A stretch of DNA of 63,200 bases, filler included, from Reclinomonas americana ATCC 50394 (taxonomy: Eukaryota): the NCBI GenBank assembly GCA_048213135.1. It is 13 parts of 13 records of this genome, joined end to end, with 100 filler letters (N's around TTAATTAATTAA, not from the genome) between each part and the next. Parts side by side here need not be neighbours in the genome. Positions count along the whole stretch, not along the records: positions 38,680 to 42,815 come from AFZH01021405.1; positions 42,916 to 57,525 come from AFZH01021406.1; 11 more parts are not named here. One strand, given 5' to 3'. The notes under the pieces were generated by a model. That model did not search any database and was not told where the DNA came from. It saw only the letters and a program-made list of their open reading frames with translations. Positions 38,765 through 50,303 of the stretch are shown piece by piece (position 1 is the first letter of the stretch; every line of letters begins with the position of its first letter). Position numbers and translations under genes: made by a program.

Positions 38765-39099
38765 GTCTGTGATGCAGAAGAATGCACGCAACACTCGCAT
38801 GTGATAGGCGTGCGCGGCAAAGGCGGCGTAGAGGCCATCGGGGCACTGTGCATGTGTGCGTGTGAGCAATGATGTGCATGAGAGCGATAGGAGGCACACA
38901 AGCACCGACCGGGTAGTGATAGACGACGACTGCCGAGGGACCTGCTGCACATGCATGCATCATGTGCGTGAAAAGCGAGTGTGTGTGAGAAAGAGACAGA
39001 AGGCAGCAAACCAGTAGTTTCTGCAGCGCTGATGGCACTCGCAGTGAGGCCCAGCGTGGCCAGCAGAGGCGGGAACGAGCGACACAGCCAGTGCAGCAT
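37259..39099 (-). CDS. DHH-superfamily phosphoesterase with C-terminal DHHA1 domain, multi-exon, spans gap
   Basis: VVVYHYP|CPDGLYAAFAAH, MDRSGAMLSFNYF, YIEDGDIWKW, NDLGHWLAEKS, IKVSLRS...YGGGGHAAASSF. Confidence 0.85.
38680..38760. repeat. (CT)n microsatellite (also (GA)n at ~38540-38572)
   Basis: Perfect dinucleotide runs flanking the gap, inside the DHH gene span. Confidence 0.95.
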
Positions 39100-39297
39100 G
39101 ATCGAAGAATTGTTGAAGATTGCGCGAGCACACCAGGGACAGATCGCCTGTCGATGGATGTAGGGGAAGTGGGCGCTGTTCACGCGTGAGTGGGAGGCGA
39201 GGGGACGCTCACGCGAGGCCGCAGAGAGCAAGAAAGAACGAGCAGGGGTTCGGGTCAGTGATCCCGTAAAGTCGGAGAATGATGTGAATGTGGTCAA

Positions 39298-39368
39298 GGG
39301 CCCATGGTTTAACGGTAGAACATCGGTCTACGGAACCGGAGACCAGGGTTCGACTCCCTGTGGGCCCT
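39298..39368 (+). tRNA. tRNA with anticodon ACG (nominal tRNA-Arg), 71 nt
   Basis: Full cloverleaf: GGGCCCA/TGGGCCC acceptor, GTTT/GAAC D-stem, TCGGT-CTACGGA-ACCGG anticodon arm, CAGGG-TTCGACT-CCCTG T-arm; oligo-T terminator downstream. Confidence 0.9.
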
Positions 39369-39403
39369 CCTAATTTTTTGTTTTTTTGCTTCAAGCAATA
39401 GCC

Positions 39404-40752
39404 ATGAACTTACCTTACTTTGACCGCGACGAACTCTTCACCCCATTCGTTGCGTCGATGCTTGTGCAGTGCCTCTCTTCATGCGCGTGATCGTGGTGGC
39501 ACTCTCACGCACACACACACTCACACACTCACACACACTTACACACACTCTTTCTCTCACACAGCGCTCGAGTACTATGACAGTCAACAGCGTCACCCTT
39601 GTGGCGTGCAAGAGAATCGCGCCAGGAGACCTGCCACCGAGAAAATCTCAGCTCCTTGCATCGCACGACTTCCTTGTGCATCTGCAACGGTTTGGAGCAC
39701 TGACGGCTGAAGACCGAGAGAGACAGGCTGAGGAGCAAGTCGCGCAGTTGTTTCCTTCCGGGTTGAGCTGGTGGTGCACTCCTGCTGAGGCCATGACAAC
39801 GGACGAAGTTATGCAACGCGTTGTGCACATTGTTGACATTGGACGCAACAAGCCGCAGGTGTGTGTTGCCAGGTTCGCACTGTAGAACGTGGGGAACTCA
39901 CACACTCGTCACGTGCAGGAGCGTATCGGAGAATGTCAGGTTATTCACATGGCACCACCGAGTCCGTGGACGCCGAAGCGACATCGCGAGTGGCGGCAGC
40001 GCGTGTGGCTAGAAATCGATTCTGCATCTGCACAGGTGCACGCGGCCAATGACATCATTGCAATCCAAAGTCCGTCTGGACTCGACGACGTCGGTTCGTG
40101 TGGAACGCACTGCGCACTCATCATTCAACAGTGCATTCACACAGTGAATGATTTGCAGGCGAGATATTGGTCACTTATATTCTACACAAGGAGCCGAATG
40201 TGTTGCCGGAGGAGGCGATGGCCACGTATCGGAACCCCGACACGACGCAACGGTTTCGCCCCTCCATCGGGGAGTACCGTCGTCTTCGTCGGGAGTATGG
40301 ACTGGGCAACAGTCTGTCATCTGAGGCGCTTCCTGCAGGCGAGATTCAAGCGGAGAACATGAAGGCGCTTACGGTTTGCTACTTGTCTCACTGCCTGGTA
40401 GAGTTCGTGCCACAGTGACTTACCAGTGTGAGTGCAGATGGACCTGGCCATGCGGCCCATATTTGGTGACGAGAGCATGCCGTTCATCGACCGCTGCCGA
40501 AAGGCACTGAACACATACGAGACGAAAGCTGATGACGCGCAGTTGCCTCGGCGTTGTCTCGAGTTATTCGTGCGACGGCTGGTCCGTGACCTGATCGGTT
40601 CTGTACATGACGTTGATGACGAGGCGCTACTGCATTTTGCCAGGGATGAGGCGTGCGCCAAACTGCCTCCTGGTGATGTGCAACGTGCGTTGTTCGAAGC
40701 GACGATCGACGCGCTGTGCGCTCCTGTTGGTGGAGGGCGCTGTTGCAGTTAA
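39404..40752 (+). CDS. Multi-exon protein with degenerate DUSP11/RNA-triphosphatase-like (Cys-phosphatase fold) domain
   Basis: In-frame GT-AG exons; LVACK...VVHIVDIG...IIAIQSPSGLDDVGEILVTYIL....PEEAMATYR aligns by eye with FIAFK...LIIDLT...IGVHCTHGLNRTGYLICRYL...PDDAIELF. Confidence 0.5.
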
Positions 40753-40852
40753 TTCTGCGTCAATGCAGTCCGCACCCGCACGTGAAGACGTTGGCGACTA
40801 GTACTCGCCGCCAGCTGCAGGCTCATCTGCTGCGTTCAGCTCAGCATCTAGT

Positions 40853-41608
40853 ATGAGCGGTTTGCCGCCACCGACGGCTTCTGAAGACGATGGGTTGTCT
40901 GTTCCTGCACATCGGCGGCCGCGCAGACGTGACGCCGCACGCTCTGCGCGAGCTGCGAACTCCGATTGGTATGAATCTAGGTCAAGCAGTGTTGTGTCAC
41001 ATGTTGAGGATTGTGTAGTAACGAATGCCGCGACCAGGCAAGTCGAATCGGTCATGGCACGTAACGACACGGGAGTTCGTCATGCACGCTCTGATGCGGA
41101 GCTCGGCTTTAGGAGTCGAAACGTATTTCGGTCGGTGTCTCTAGCCGATGTGCGACGGCAGGTGGCTCCAGCCGAAGTGCGACAGCAGGTGGATCCTGCC
41201 GAAGTACGCCGGTTGGAGGGACACGCTAGATGGGTTCTGTCTGTCGCCGTCACTCCCGATGGTCAGTACACCGTGAGTGGGAGTTTTGACAAGACAGTGC
41301 GAGTGTGGTTATTGACGAATGGAGAAGAAGTGCGACAGTTGGAGGGACACACTGACTGGGTGCTGTCTGTCGCCGTCACTCCCGATGGCCAGTACATTGT
41401 GAGTGGGAGTCGGGACAAGTCAGTGAGATTGTGGTCACTGATGAGTGGAAAAATAGTGAGACGCTTGGAGGGGCACACTGTCTTGGTGTGTTCTGTCGCT
41501 GTCACTTTTGATGTCCAACACATCGTTAGTGGAAGCTATGACAACACTATGCGTGTGTGGACTGTGGCGAGTGGCGAAGAAGTGCAACACTTGGAAAGAC
41601 CTACCTAG
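40853..41608 (+). CDS. Intronless ORF with 3 highly similar WD40 repeats (NACHT-WD/HET-like type); possibly a fragment
   Basis: Three 42-aa repeats VRRLEGH..WVLSVAVTPDGQY.VSGS.DKTVRVW; a fourth repeat breaks off at VQHLERPT-stop. Confidence 0.75.
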   Translation: MSGLPPPTASEDDGLSVPAHRRPRRRDAARSARAANSDWYESRSSSVVSHVEDCVVTNAATRQVESVMARNDTGVRHARSDAELGFRSRNVFRSVSLADVRRQVAPAEVRQQVDPAEVRRLEGHARWVLSVAVTPDGQYTVSGSFDKTVRVWLLTNGEEVRQLEGHTDWVLSVAVTPDGQYIVSGSRDKSVRLWSLMSGKIVRRLEGHTVLVCSVAVTFDVQHIVSGSYDNTMRVWTVASGEEVQHLERPT

Positions 41609-41957
41609 TATCATATTGTATGTATTGATAAAACTTGGCAGTGAAGAATCGCAAACTTCATTCACCAAAAGCAAACAACAACAACAGCTGTCTTGATGAC
41701 CGATTCGGAAACATATCCAAAGCATCAACATCAACACCAGTCCTGACAGCAGCAGCAGCAGGTTATTCTGGAGTGCTTGTTCGTGGAGCTCGAACAAGTC
41801 GAGAACTGTATGTGCATCGCGCAGCAACGCATTTGAACTGTGCGGTGGATTCAACACTCTGGCATAGAGACTGTCATCCTGCGCACGTAAAATCTTTCAG
41901 GAGAACGCCAAAGCCAGGCAAACGACGCAGCTCGCAACTCTATTCTCAGCCTGGCGT

Positions 41958-42483
41958 CTACCTCCACCACTCACTGAACGCATTCATCTCCGCCTCTTGT
42001 CTCAAGTGCTCCACCGACGGTGGATACAGGAGCCGCACGAGGGTGTTGACCTCCATGTTCCACATGCAGTAAATTTCACCCGGGTTCAGCTGGCTCACTC
42101 GAGCATTGGCTTCCGACATCTCGCGCCTGCGGTCTCTCAACGCCGCCACGTCGGCCTCGTGCCGACGCAGCCAAGCTACGACTCCGCGCACGTACTCGTC
42201 ACAGAAGCGGTCGATGGATGCATCGGGAATGCCAATCGCCGCCAGCTCTTCGAGTGTGCTCGCGCTCACTCCTCCGCTAGCAAGCGCCGTGTACGCCTCG
42301 TCGGAACTGGCCCTCGTGTTTGAAGTGTCTCGCTGCCCGCATTGCAATTGTGTAAGGTGCAACAGCAGACATCGACCTGCATGCACGACGGCAGACACGC
42401 ACCTCACAACAGACGTCCCCCTCGCGATCGTCTCCCGGCTCTGGCGCATCGTCGCGCACGGTCGAACTGTCACTGCACGACAT
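41958..42483 (-). CDS. Hypothetical protein, 2 exons
   Basis: MSCSDSS...VCCE|RDTSNTRA... joined in frame by a GTGCGT..CAG intron. Confidence 0.45.
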
Positions 42484-42611
42484 TGTCTCCACCGACACAC
42501 ACAAAGTCCAACAAACCCGAACAAAAAGTCCGAAACCGCTGCGTTTTCTCGCTCGCCCGACCAAACTTCCACGGAACCCGCCCTTTCCGACCGCCACACC
42601 CTCCACGGATG

Positions 42612-42682
42612 GGGCCTCTAGTTTAACGGTAAAATGTCGGTTTGCAGCACCGAAGTCCGGGGTTCGACTCCCTGTGGGCCTT
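42612..42682 (+). tRNA. tRNA with anticodon GCA (nominal tRNA-Cys; weak acceptor stem)
   Basis: Cloverleaf with TCGGT-TTGCAGC-ACCGA arm, TTCGACT loop and U73; acceptor has two G-T pairs and a C7/T66 mismatch; T5 tract follows. Confidence 0.7.
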
Positions 42683-43027
42683 CTCTTTTTGCTCACTGCA
42701 TTCCCACCGATCGCCGATCGCCATTTTCGATATTTTTTGGAGCTGTCACACTCACCTCGGCGCACACCCAGCTCGAGCTCCCACATCACGCTGCTACGTA
42801 CCCTCACCAAACTCCNNNNNNNNNNNNNNNNNNNNNNNNNNNNNNNNNNNNNNNNNNNNTTAATTAATTAANNNNNNNNNNNNNNNNNNNNNNNNNNNNN
42901 NNNNNNNNNNNNNNNCACAAAGTCCAACAAACCCGAACAAAAAGTCCGAAACCGCTGCGTTTTCTCGCTCGCCCGACCAAACTTCCACGGAACCCGCCCT
43001 TTCCGACCGCCACACCCTCCACGGATG

Positions 43028-43098
43028 GGGCCTCTAGTTTAACGGTAAAATGTCGGTTTGCAGCACCGAAGTCCGGGGTTCGACTCCCTGTGGGCCTT
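43028..43098 (+). tRNA. Second copy of the GCA tRNA (probably the same locus seen twice through contig overlap)
   Basis: 42500-42815 is identical to 42916-43231 across the linker. Confidence 0.6.
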
Positions 43099-43383
43099 CT
43101 CTTTTTGCTCACTGCATTCCCACCGATCGCCGATCGCCATTTTCGATATTTTTTGGAGCTGTCACACTCACCTCGGCGCACACCCAGCTCGAGCTCCCAC
43201 ATCACGCTGCTACGTACCCTCACCAAACTCCCCCCTCCGTACACACGTGCCGTGGGTCGTCGGTCGCCACCAACATTTTTCCCCAAATCACGGCGCCAAA
43301 TTTGGATCCGATGTGCGCCCATCGCGCCACCTCCGCTCACCGCATCGCCGCCGACCACCACCTGCTACCCCTCATCCAACGAC

Positions 43384-43454
43384 GGGCCCATGGTTTAACG
43401 GTAGAACATCGGTCTACGGAACCGGAGACCAGGGTTCGACTCCCTGTGGGCCCT
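43384..43454 (+). tRNA. tRNA with anticodon ACG, identical to 39298-39368
   Basis: Same 71-nt sequence with different flanks, followed by an oligo-T terminator. Confidence 0.9.
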
Positions 43455-43497
43455 CCTTTTTTGCTCCCCTCACGTACAAATAAAGGTCACAGCAAAC

Positions 43498-45058
43498 TTA
43501 CACTGGTGGACTTCGCTGCCCGCAGTACGAATGCACCACCGAGTCGATGATGGCAGTGAAAGACACGAACCGCTCGCGAATGCGTGGCAACTCCTCCTGC
43601 AGAGAGAGTTGAGTGTCATGCAATGTATTTTTGGCACGGCCAATATCACCGCACGCAACTTCCTGATACCCCTGTGAAATGCTGCGCAGTAGCGGGCCGT
43701 ACTCACGCACAATATCCGTGTACCGTGTCCTAAACTGCTCCGCCAGGTCGCGGGCAATTGACGACGCCACTGCCTCCGGCGGCAGCTGGATGCGCACCTG
43801 CGACGCCGACAGCAGACCAGTGTCGCCGTTGACGGCCTCGGCAGCACTGGCAATCGCTCCCGACGACGACAGCGACAGGCGTTGCGGTCGCACCAGCTCA
43901 TGTTGCACGCTCACGCGCACCAGCTCGTCACCCTCGCAGCTCAGACGCGTGAGTCGGTCACGATCGGCAGACACGCAGCGGCTGGTGGCAGTCGGGCCGG
44001 TCTCGCGCTGCGTTTGCGAGTACGCCAACGATCGGCCTCCGCCACCTCCACCCCGAGATCCACCACCGGCACGCTGCTGTGATCCGGCATAGTACGACGA
44101 TGTGGAGATGTCCTCCAAGTAAGCACGCACGCCCACCAGACGACCCGAGGAGGAGCCTCCGCCTCCACCACCACCACTCGTGCCGCCACCTCCCACACCG
44201 CCATTCGACGACATGGACGAGGCGCCGGGGCTTTGGGCCACACCCGAGCCGACTCCCATCGCCATCAGCTGCGCCTCCAGTCCGCGCGGTGTCGGCAGTG
44301 ACGAACCTGCAACAACAACAACTCGGATCAGACAACGCGAGAAATGACAAACGAGCTGCTTCTGTTTGCAAACCAAATCGTGCATGCCCCGAGCTGTTGC
44401 CTGCACTGCCTCCGCCACCTCCACCTCCGCCACCACCTCCACCGCTGCCTGCACCCGCACCACCACTATTGGAGGAGCTCACAGATCCATCATTGACGGC
44501 CGCCGGTGCATTCGCAATGTCGTGCGCGAACTGGAAGAAGAACTTGACCAGTGCCGCCATGGTCTCCGCCGCTGCATCCCCTGCCACACACAAGCCACTT
44601 ACACATATGAAGAAGACACACAACAATCTCTCTCAAATATGTACCTGCAGGCGCCAGAGGCTCGCGCGCGACACCCGCAGAGGGCGACGACGGCGGCGAG
44701 AGTGCCATGGGCCACAAACGATCGGCGAGACACACGCCACTGCGCGCATCGTAGACACACACTCGCCGAATGCGCAGTTCGTGGCCGGTGCGCGAGGCTG
44801 GCGCGCGAGGCGAGGCCGGGTTGCTGGAGACTTGCGAGCCGTTGGGCGATGATGGTGCAGAGTCACCTGTGTGTGCATAAGAGCAAGCGTGGTGGAGAGG
44901 AGTGAGGCAGGAGAATGCATGCACTTACCGCGAGGACTGCGCGCGATGGGTTGCAGTGGTACTCCGCTTGATGGTCCGCCCGACTCGCTGACAGGCAGTG
45001 GTGTGGGTCGTGGTCGCGACCGCTTGTCTTGTGCACTGGCAGTCGCCGCCGAGGCCAT
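43498..45058 (-). CDS. Hypothetical multi-exon protein, possibly a longin-like fold with Gly/Ser-rich insertions
   Basis: RVCVYDARSGVCLADRLW ... MAALVKFFFQFAHDI ... IARDLAEQFRTRY resembles longin strand/helix patterns; long final exon. Confidence 0.45.
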
Positions 45059-45131
45059 TGCTTGAAGGAAACGAAGTTGTCGACGACGGCGGGGTCCTGC
45101 ATGACACCATTCATATCCCTCCAGCTCCACC

Positions 45132-46560
45132 ATGGTGCGTGCACATGCGCTCGCTCTCTCTTGCACTGTCTCTCTGTTGTGCGCGTGTGTGTATGCATGT
45201 GTGCGTGCGTGCGTGTGTGGCGCCAGAGTCCAACACGAACCTGCCATGCCATGTTGTCCATCGTCGTCGTCGCGCGCGCTCTCCTCGTGTGCACTGACTG
45301 TGTGTGCGTGTGTGTGTGCAGGCGGCACCCAGAACCAGCAAACTGTACCAGTTCATAGGGTACCGCATCAAGGTTTGCCTCTCTTTCGCGCTGTGTATAT
45401 GTGCATGCATGCATGTGAGTGTCAGTCATTGTAACACCGCTCGGCAGGTCACCATCCAGGACACTCGCAGCCTCATCGGCACCTTCCTGGCATTCGATCG
45501 GTGCGTGTGTTTGTGTGCAAGGGTGGCGGTCATTTCGCCAGCCATGGCGCGCGCTCACTCTCTCACTCTCTGCCTGTTTGTGTGCACGCAGTCACTTGAA
45601 CTTGGTCGTCGGCGACTGCGAGGAGCGTCGTGTGATTCGATCCAAGGCCAAGAAGGGTTGGTATTCGTGTCATGTTGCAGGTCACTTGCATTTCGCCTCT
45701 CTCTTATGTGCGTTCTGCAGAGGAGCGCGAGGAGAAGCGAGCGCTCGGCCTGGTGATCATTCGTGGCGAGAATGTGGTGTCGCTGATCATTGAGGGACCG
45801 CCACCGGCCGGCGACAATCGTTTGAAGGCCACAGAAGCAGCACAGGCTGGTCCGGGAATGGGCAAGGCCGCCGCTCGTGGTGCGTGTTCTGCTGCAAGCG
45901 TGTGTGTGTGATGCAGCTGGTGCCGGCGACTGAGACCGCTCTATGTGTGCTGATGCAGGTGTTCCACTGCCGCCTGGTGGTGCACCGGTGCCGGGTCTGG
46001 CTGCGCCGGGACGTGGTGTGGGTGCTGCTGGTGCGGCCGTGATGCAGCCACAACAGGCGCATCGTGCTGCGCCGCCCATGGCCTACCCGGGTGCACCTGG
46101 CGGCCCGCCGCAAATGGGTGGCCGAGGAATGCCGCCGGGCCCACCGCCACCGCCTCCAATGGGTGCGTTGTCTGTGTGTGTCCGCGTACGACGATGAGAC
46201 AACGATGCACAGTGTTGCTCACCTTGTGTGATTTGCTTTGCCAGGCATGCCGCCAATGGGTCGTGGAATGCCCGGAATGCCGCCTGGAATGCCACCGATG
46301 CCAGGCATGCCGCCAGGCAGTTTCGCCCGCGTGTCTCTCTTCCCCGTCGTCGCTGTGTGTTGACGTTCTTGCTCTGCAGTGATGCCGCCGGGTATGATGA
46401 TGGGCCGCGGTGGTCCACCGATGGTCAGTGACGCGTCACGTTGAGCATGCTTGTTTTTCCTCGTCTTCTCATTCTGCTTCTCCCGGTACTGCAGGGCGTC
46501 CCCATGCCGCCAATGCCGCCCATGGGCCGTGGTATCCCGCCACCGCCGCCGCCTCGTTAA
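45132..46560 (+). CDS. SNRPB: snRNP core protein SmB/B'
   Basis: [80 protein letters not shown] and PGM-rich tail; first coding exon is the ATG alone (intron 45135-45320). Confidence 0.95.
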
Positions 46561-46853
46561 TGATGGTTCGAGAGACGTGCAGCGTGGCCAGTGACTGTCG
46601 GCGCGACCCTTTGCAGCCAACAAAGAGTGCGCACAGTCCGACCGCGTTGCTTCGGGTTTCTCTTGCCCTTGTCGTCAATAGTCTTTTGGTGGGTTGGTAT
46701 GTGGGAGTGGGAGTGGTCGTGGTCATGGGTGCATGGTTTTCGGTGGTCGGTGAGTGAAAAAATGTGAGAGGTTGTTGTGGTGACCGCGTTGTAAGTAAGG
46801 GGACGGGACGTGTACGTACACACATGCATTACGTTGTATTAACTAGCAAGAGG

Positions 46854-49174
46854 CTATGAACCGACGTGCTCGGAGATTACTTTGATGAGATTGGCACCTG
46901 GCGATTGTATCAGATTAGTTGCGTGACACGATGCGTGCTCTCTAGCTGTCCTTCTAACACACACGCATGCACGTACCTATGAAGGATCCGCAGTCGCCTA
47001 GGAAGAGCCAGAAGGAGAGCGAAACGAGGTGGTACTGGGATTTGACAGTGCGGTCGATGTGTTTGCACGACTGAGCGTATCTGCGGTGGCGACGATGATG
47101 TGTGAGACGAATGACGACTGCTGGTGGTGGCGGTGGACACGTGGAGACGCAGCAGTGATCCGTTGCCAAAGGCAACAAAGAAGCTGCAGAGGGGCGCGAT
47201 GATGGCCACGTGGCTGACGCCGACGACCTGTTGGAAAGAGGAGAAGTGTGTGCGTCAGCTGGAGGATGACATGGTCGAGGGCAGTCGAAAATCGACGCAC
47301 GATTCCGATAATGTTGGAGATGAGCAGCCACATGGGATGGATGGTGCGGATTCTGCATAGAAGAGCACATCAGCCACAAGGGGTCGCGTGGTGGTGAGAC
47401 TAGCGAAAACATACTTGTAGAAGATGCGCCGTCCAGAAGTGTCGCCGAGGAAGAAGAAGATATCGAAGATCATCAAGAAGACTGCACGCGCGGAGAGGGT
47501 GGTCAGAAGGCAGACACGCAGTGCGATGGTGTGCCGTGGCGAGACGTAACAGTCGCGAGGAATGGAAGTGTGACCCCACAGCGTGACACTGCTTCCGGTG
47601 TAAATGTACAGAATCACTCCCGGACTGAACATGGAGACGGAGAGCATGTTGATGCTGTCGGTGGAACGATCAGTGAGTACATCGGCACAGAAGATATGAA
47701 CGTTACAATCAAACCTCATTGCAGTCGAGTGCCATCCCATCTTTGGCATCCACTCACGCCACTGCTTCAAATCCTGCACAAGCACTCGTCGTGATGAATG
47801 ATCGCGACAACACCGGCCGTGTGGAGCACGCATACCTTGATGAAATCCTTGACATTCTGCGCCTTGACGGCTGTGGCGGGTCGGCCAGCCACGATGAACA
47901 GTCGAGCAAGATACGTGGCTACGCGCGAGACCCGCATGCAGTCAGCGACATGTCTTCCCGCGTGAACGAGTCAGTGGCGGAGTGCAGCATACCGAGTCCA
48001 ACAAAGAGCAGAACGGCTACACCCGAGTACAGTGCCACCACGGGCACTCCAAACTGGAGCAGCAGGAAACCGCCGACGGTGATGATTACAATACCCGACG
48101 GAATGCCCACCACCGCCCAGAACTGCACAACCGGGGGGTGAGTGCAGCAGACTTCGACTCACAACACTAAAACCCAGCGGAGAAACCTTGGTGTTCCCCA
48201 GCGGCGTGTACAGATTCAGTGCATTGGCCCTGCAGATCTGTCGGTGGAGGAATGCGACACCTCCTGAGCAAAAGCCCCACGCAACTCGTACGTGCCGATT
48301 CCTACACCACCAAAGCTGTAGGCCGCAAACACATCTGCACACAAGCACGTCGGTGGCTGCATCCATGGACGACAGCATCGACCCAGACGCAACAGGCCAC
48401 AGTCGGGTTGGCGACTTGCGTGACACACAGAAGGAGGATCATGGAGAGGAGCAGACTCGAGATGGCAATCAGCACACGCCACCGTGGATGACACCACGAC
48501 TGTGTCACGCCGTAAGCAACCAAGCGAGAAAGAGAAGAGCGCCGTCGTGCAAGCACAGCACGCACCATCAAGATCATGTGACCGGGCCGGAAGATGAGAT
48601 TGAACAAGTACAAGAAGGACACCGCTCTGCCAGCAAAGAGAGTGAGGAGAGAGCGTGTGTAAGACCATCAGCTGTCACCGTAGGAGGAGGGGAAAGAGAG
48701 ACGCGCACGCACAGATGAAAGACAGACGACGCCTCGGACTGCTCGTCGTGAATGTTGAGTGGCGCCAGCAACTGCGCCTGCAGCGCAAACAGAGCCGCGT
48801 AGCCCGCAAACACAGGAAAGGTGACCAGAAAGGCGTCGTAGTAGGTGCGCTTGGTGGCCACTGGCACGCCATCCTCCAGCGTTTGTGTGTATCGACTGGC
48901 AGCATCATCATCATCATCACCATCGTCAATGCCATCACTGCTTTTGCCCTTCTCTCCTGGTATGTGTATTCCATCAAAGGGCTCCAGGAGAGGTCGCGGG
49001 TCCACTGTGCGCGTGTGTTGGTGCAAGCAAGCAAGTGAAGTGTCGGAGAAAGAAGAGCGCACTCGCACCTCCTCCACTGTGAGCTGACTTGGTGCGAGTG
49101 AGCGCTCCCGAGCCAAAGGAGTCGAGTCGCCCGAACGGGACCGACATCACAGTGGTCGGCGTTGGCTCAGACAT
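46854..49174 (-). CDS. Multi-pass membrane transporter, CLN3/battenin- or MFS-like
   Basis: Many hydrophobic helices over about 10 exons (FPVFAGYAALFALQ, YSFGGVGIGTYE, WAVVGIPSGIVIITVGGF, WLFLGDCGSFIGANLI). Confidence 0.6.
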
Positions 49175-49211
49175 GCGATGTGGTGACAGAGAGATGAAGT
49201 TTCACTGTCGA

Positions 49212-50246
49212 TCATACCCACTTACTGCCCGTATTCAGCATGTGCGATTGGTGCTTGGGTAGTGGTAGTGGATTCTCGTAGTAGGCGGGTCCGGGCACCT
49301 TGGTGATCTTCGGGGGACTGATGGCGCGCTCGGTGCCACTCATAAACACAGAGGAGGAGATCAGGCGTGGCGTGTTGGCGGTCCGGCCGACTTCGTACTC
49401 GCCTGGACCGAGTGCTGGCGTGATGGCCGTCGATCGGCGCTGCAGCACGTTGCCGAAGCGATCGCGCCCGTCCACCACGAATGGTCTGGTGAAGGGGCAA
49501 GCAACACAATGAGCGGAGGTTGCTTCAGACAAAGCAACATGACGACAACGAACCGTGACGGTTTCGGTGGACCTTGCACCAGCGCTGCTGATGCCGCCGA
49601 CGCCGCCGACGGGTCGGAAAAGTATGTACCCGGACCCGGCGGTCCCTCCGTGCTCCCCCTGCGCGCATGCAATCATCATCATCAGCACTCGGCACACACA
49701 CCAGTGGAAATGAGGCAGCATCCGAGCGAAACTTGGATAATAGCGCCGCAGCTGGCGTGGCACGGCGCTTGGCCGACAACGACGGCCGCTCAGTTGTTGA
49801 GCGGAACACGCTCGACTGCAGCGTGGTATCCTTGTACTTGGGTCCCACATCCACCTGCGGCGAGTATACTCCCGGTCCGAGACGCGGATTCGACGACGCC
49901 GCCACCGCATCGGCCAGCGTCCGTCGCGGCGGAGCCACAAACGACGATTGCGCGCCTGCCCGTGACGTACCCACCGAACCCTTGCTCGTCGTCTGCGTCC
50001 ACCAGTCAGCAACCCAACCCCACAGTCTCCGACTCACATGCACTCAACATCGTACTCTCCAGGACCCGGTACCGCCTTCCTGTGCCTCTCCGGATCAGCT
50101 AACCGCGTCTCCTTGAACACCGCCGACGGCGCAGTCGCTCCACGACTCCCAATCGAGTCCGCGCGGTACTGACCAGGCGCCGGCGGGTTAAACGTCGGCC
50201 CGGGCGCCTCCCACCACAGTGAACTCTGCGCACGCTCCCTCTCAGT

Positions 50247-50303
<57 letters not shown>

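Noticed and set aside
42500..43231. Exact 316-bp direct repeat including the GCA tRNA
   Set aside because: Both copies abut the same linker and are identical; most likely an unmerged contig overlap.
46317..46379. GC-AG intron in SmB
   Set aside because: A GT donor 3 nt downstream (46320) is also in frame and fits the PGM repeat better.
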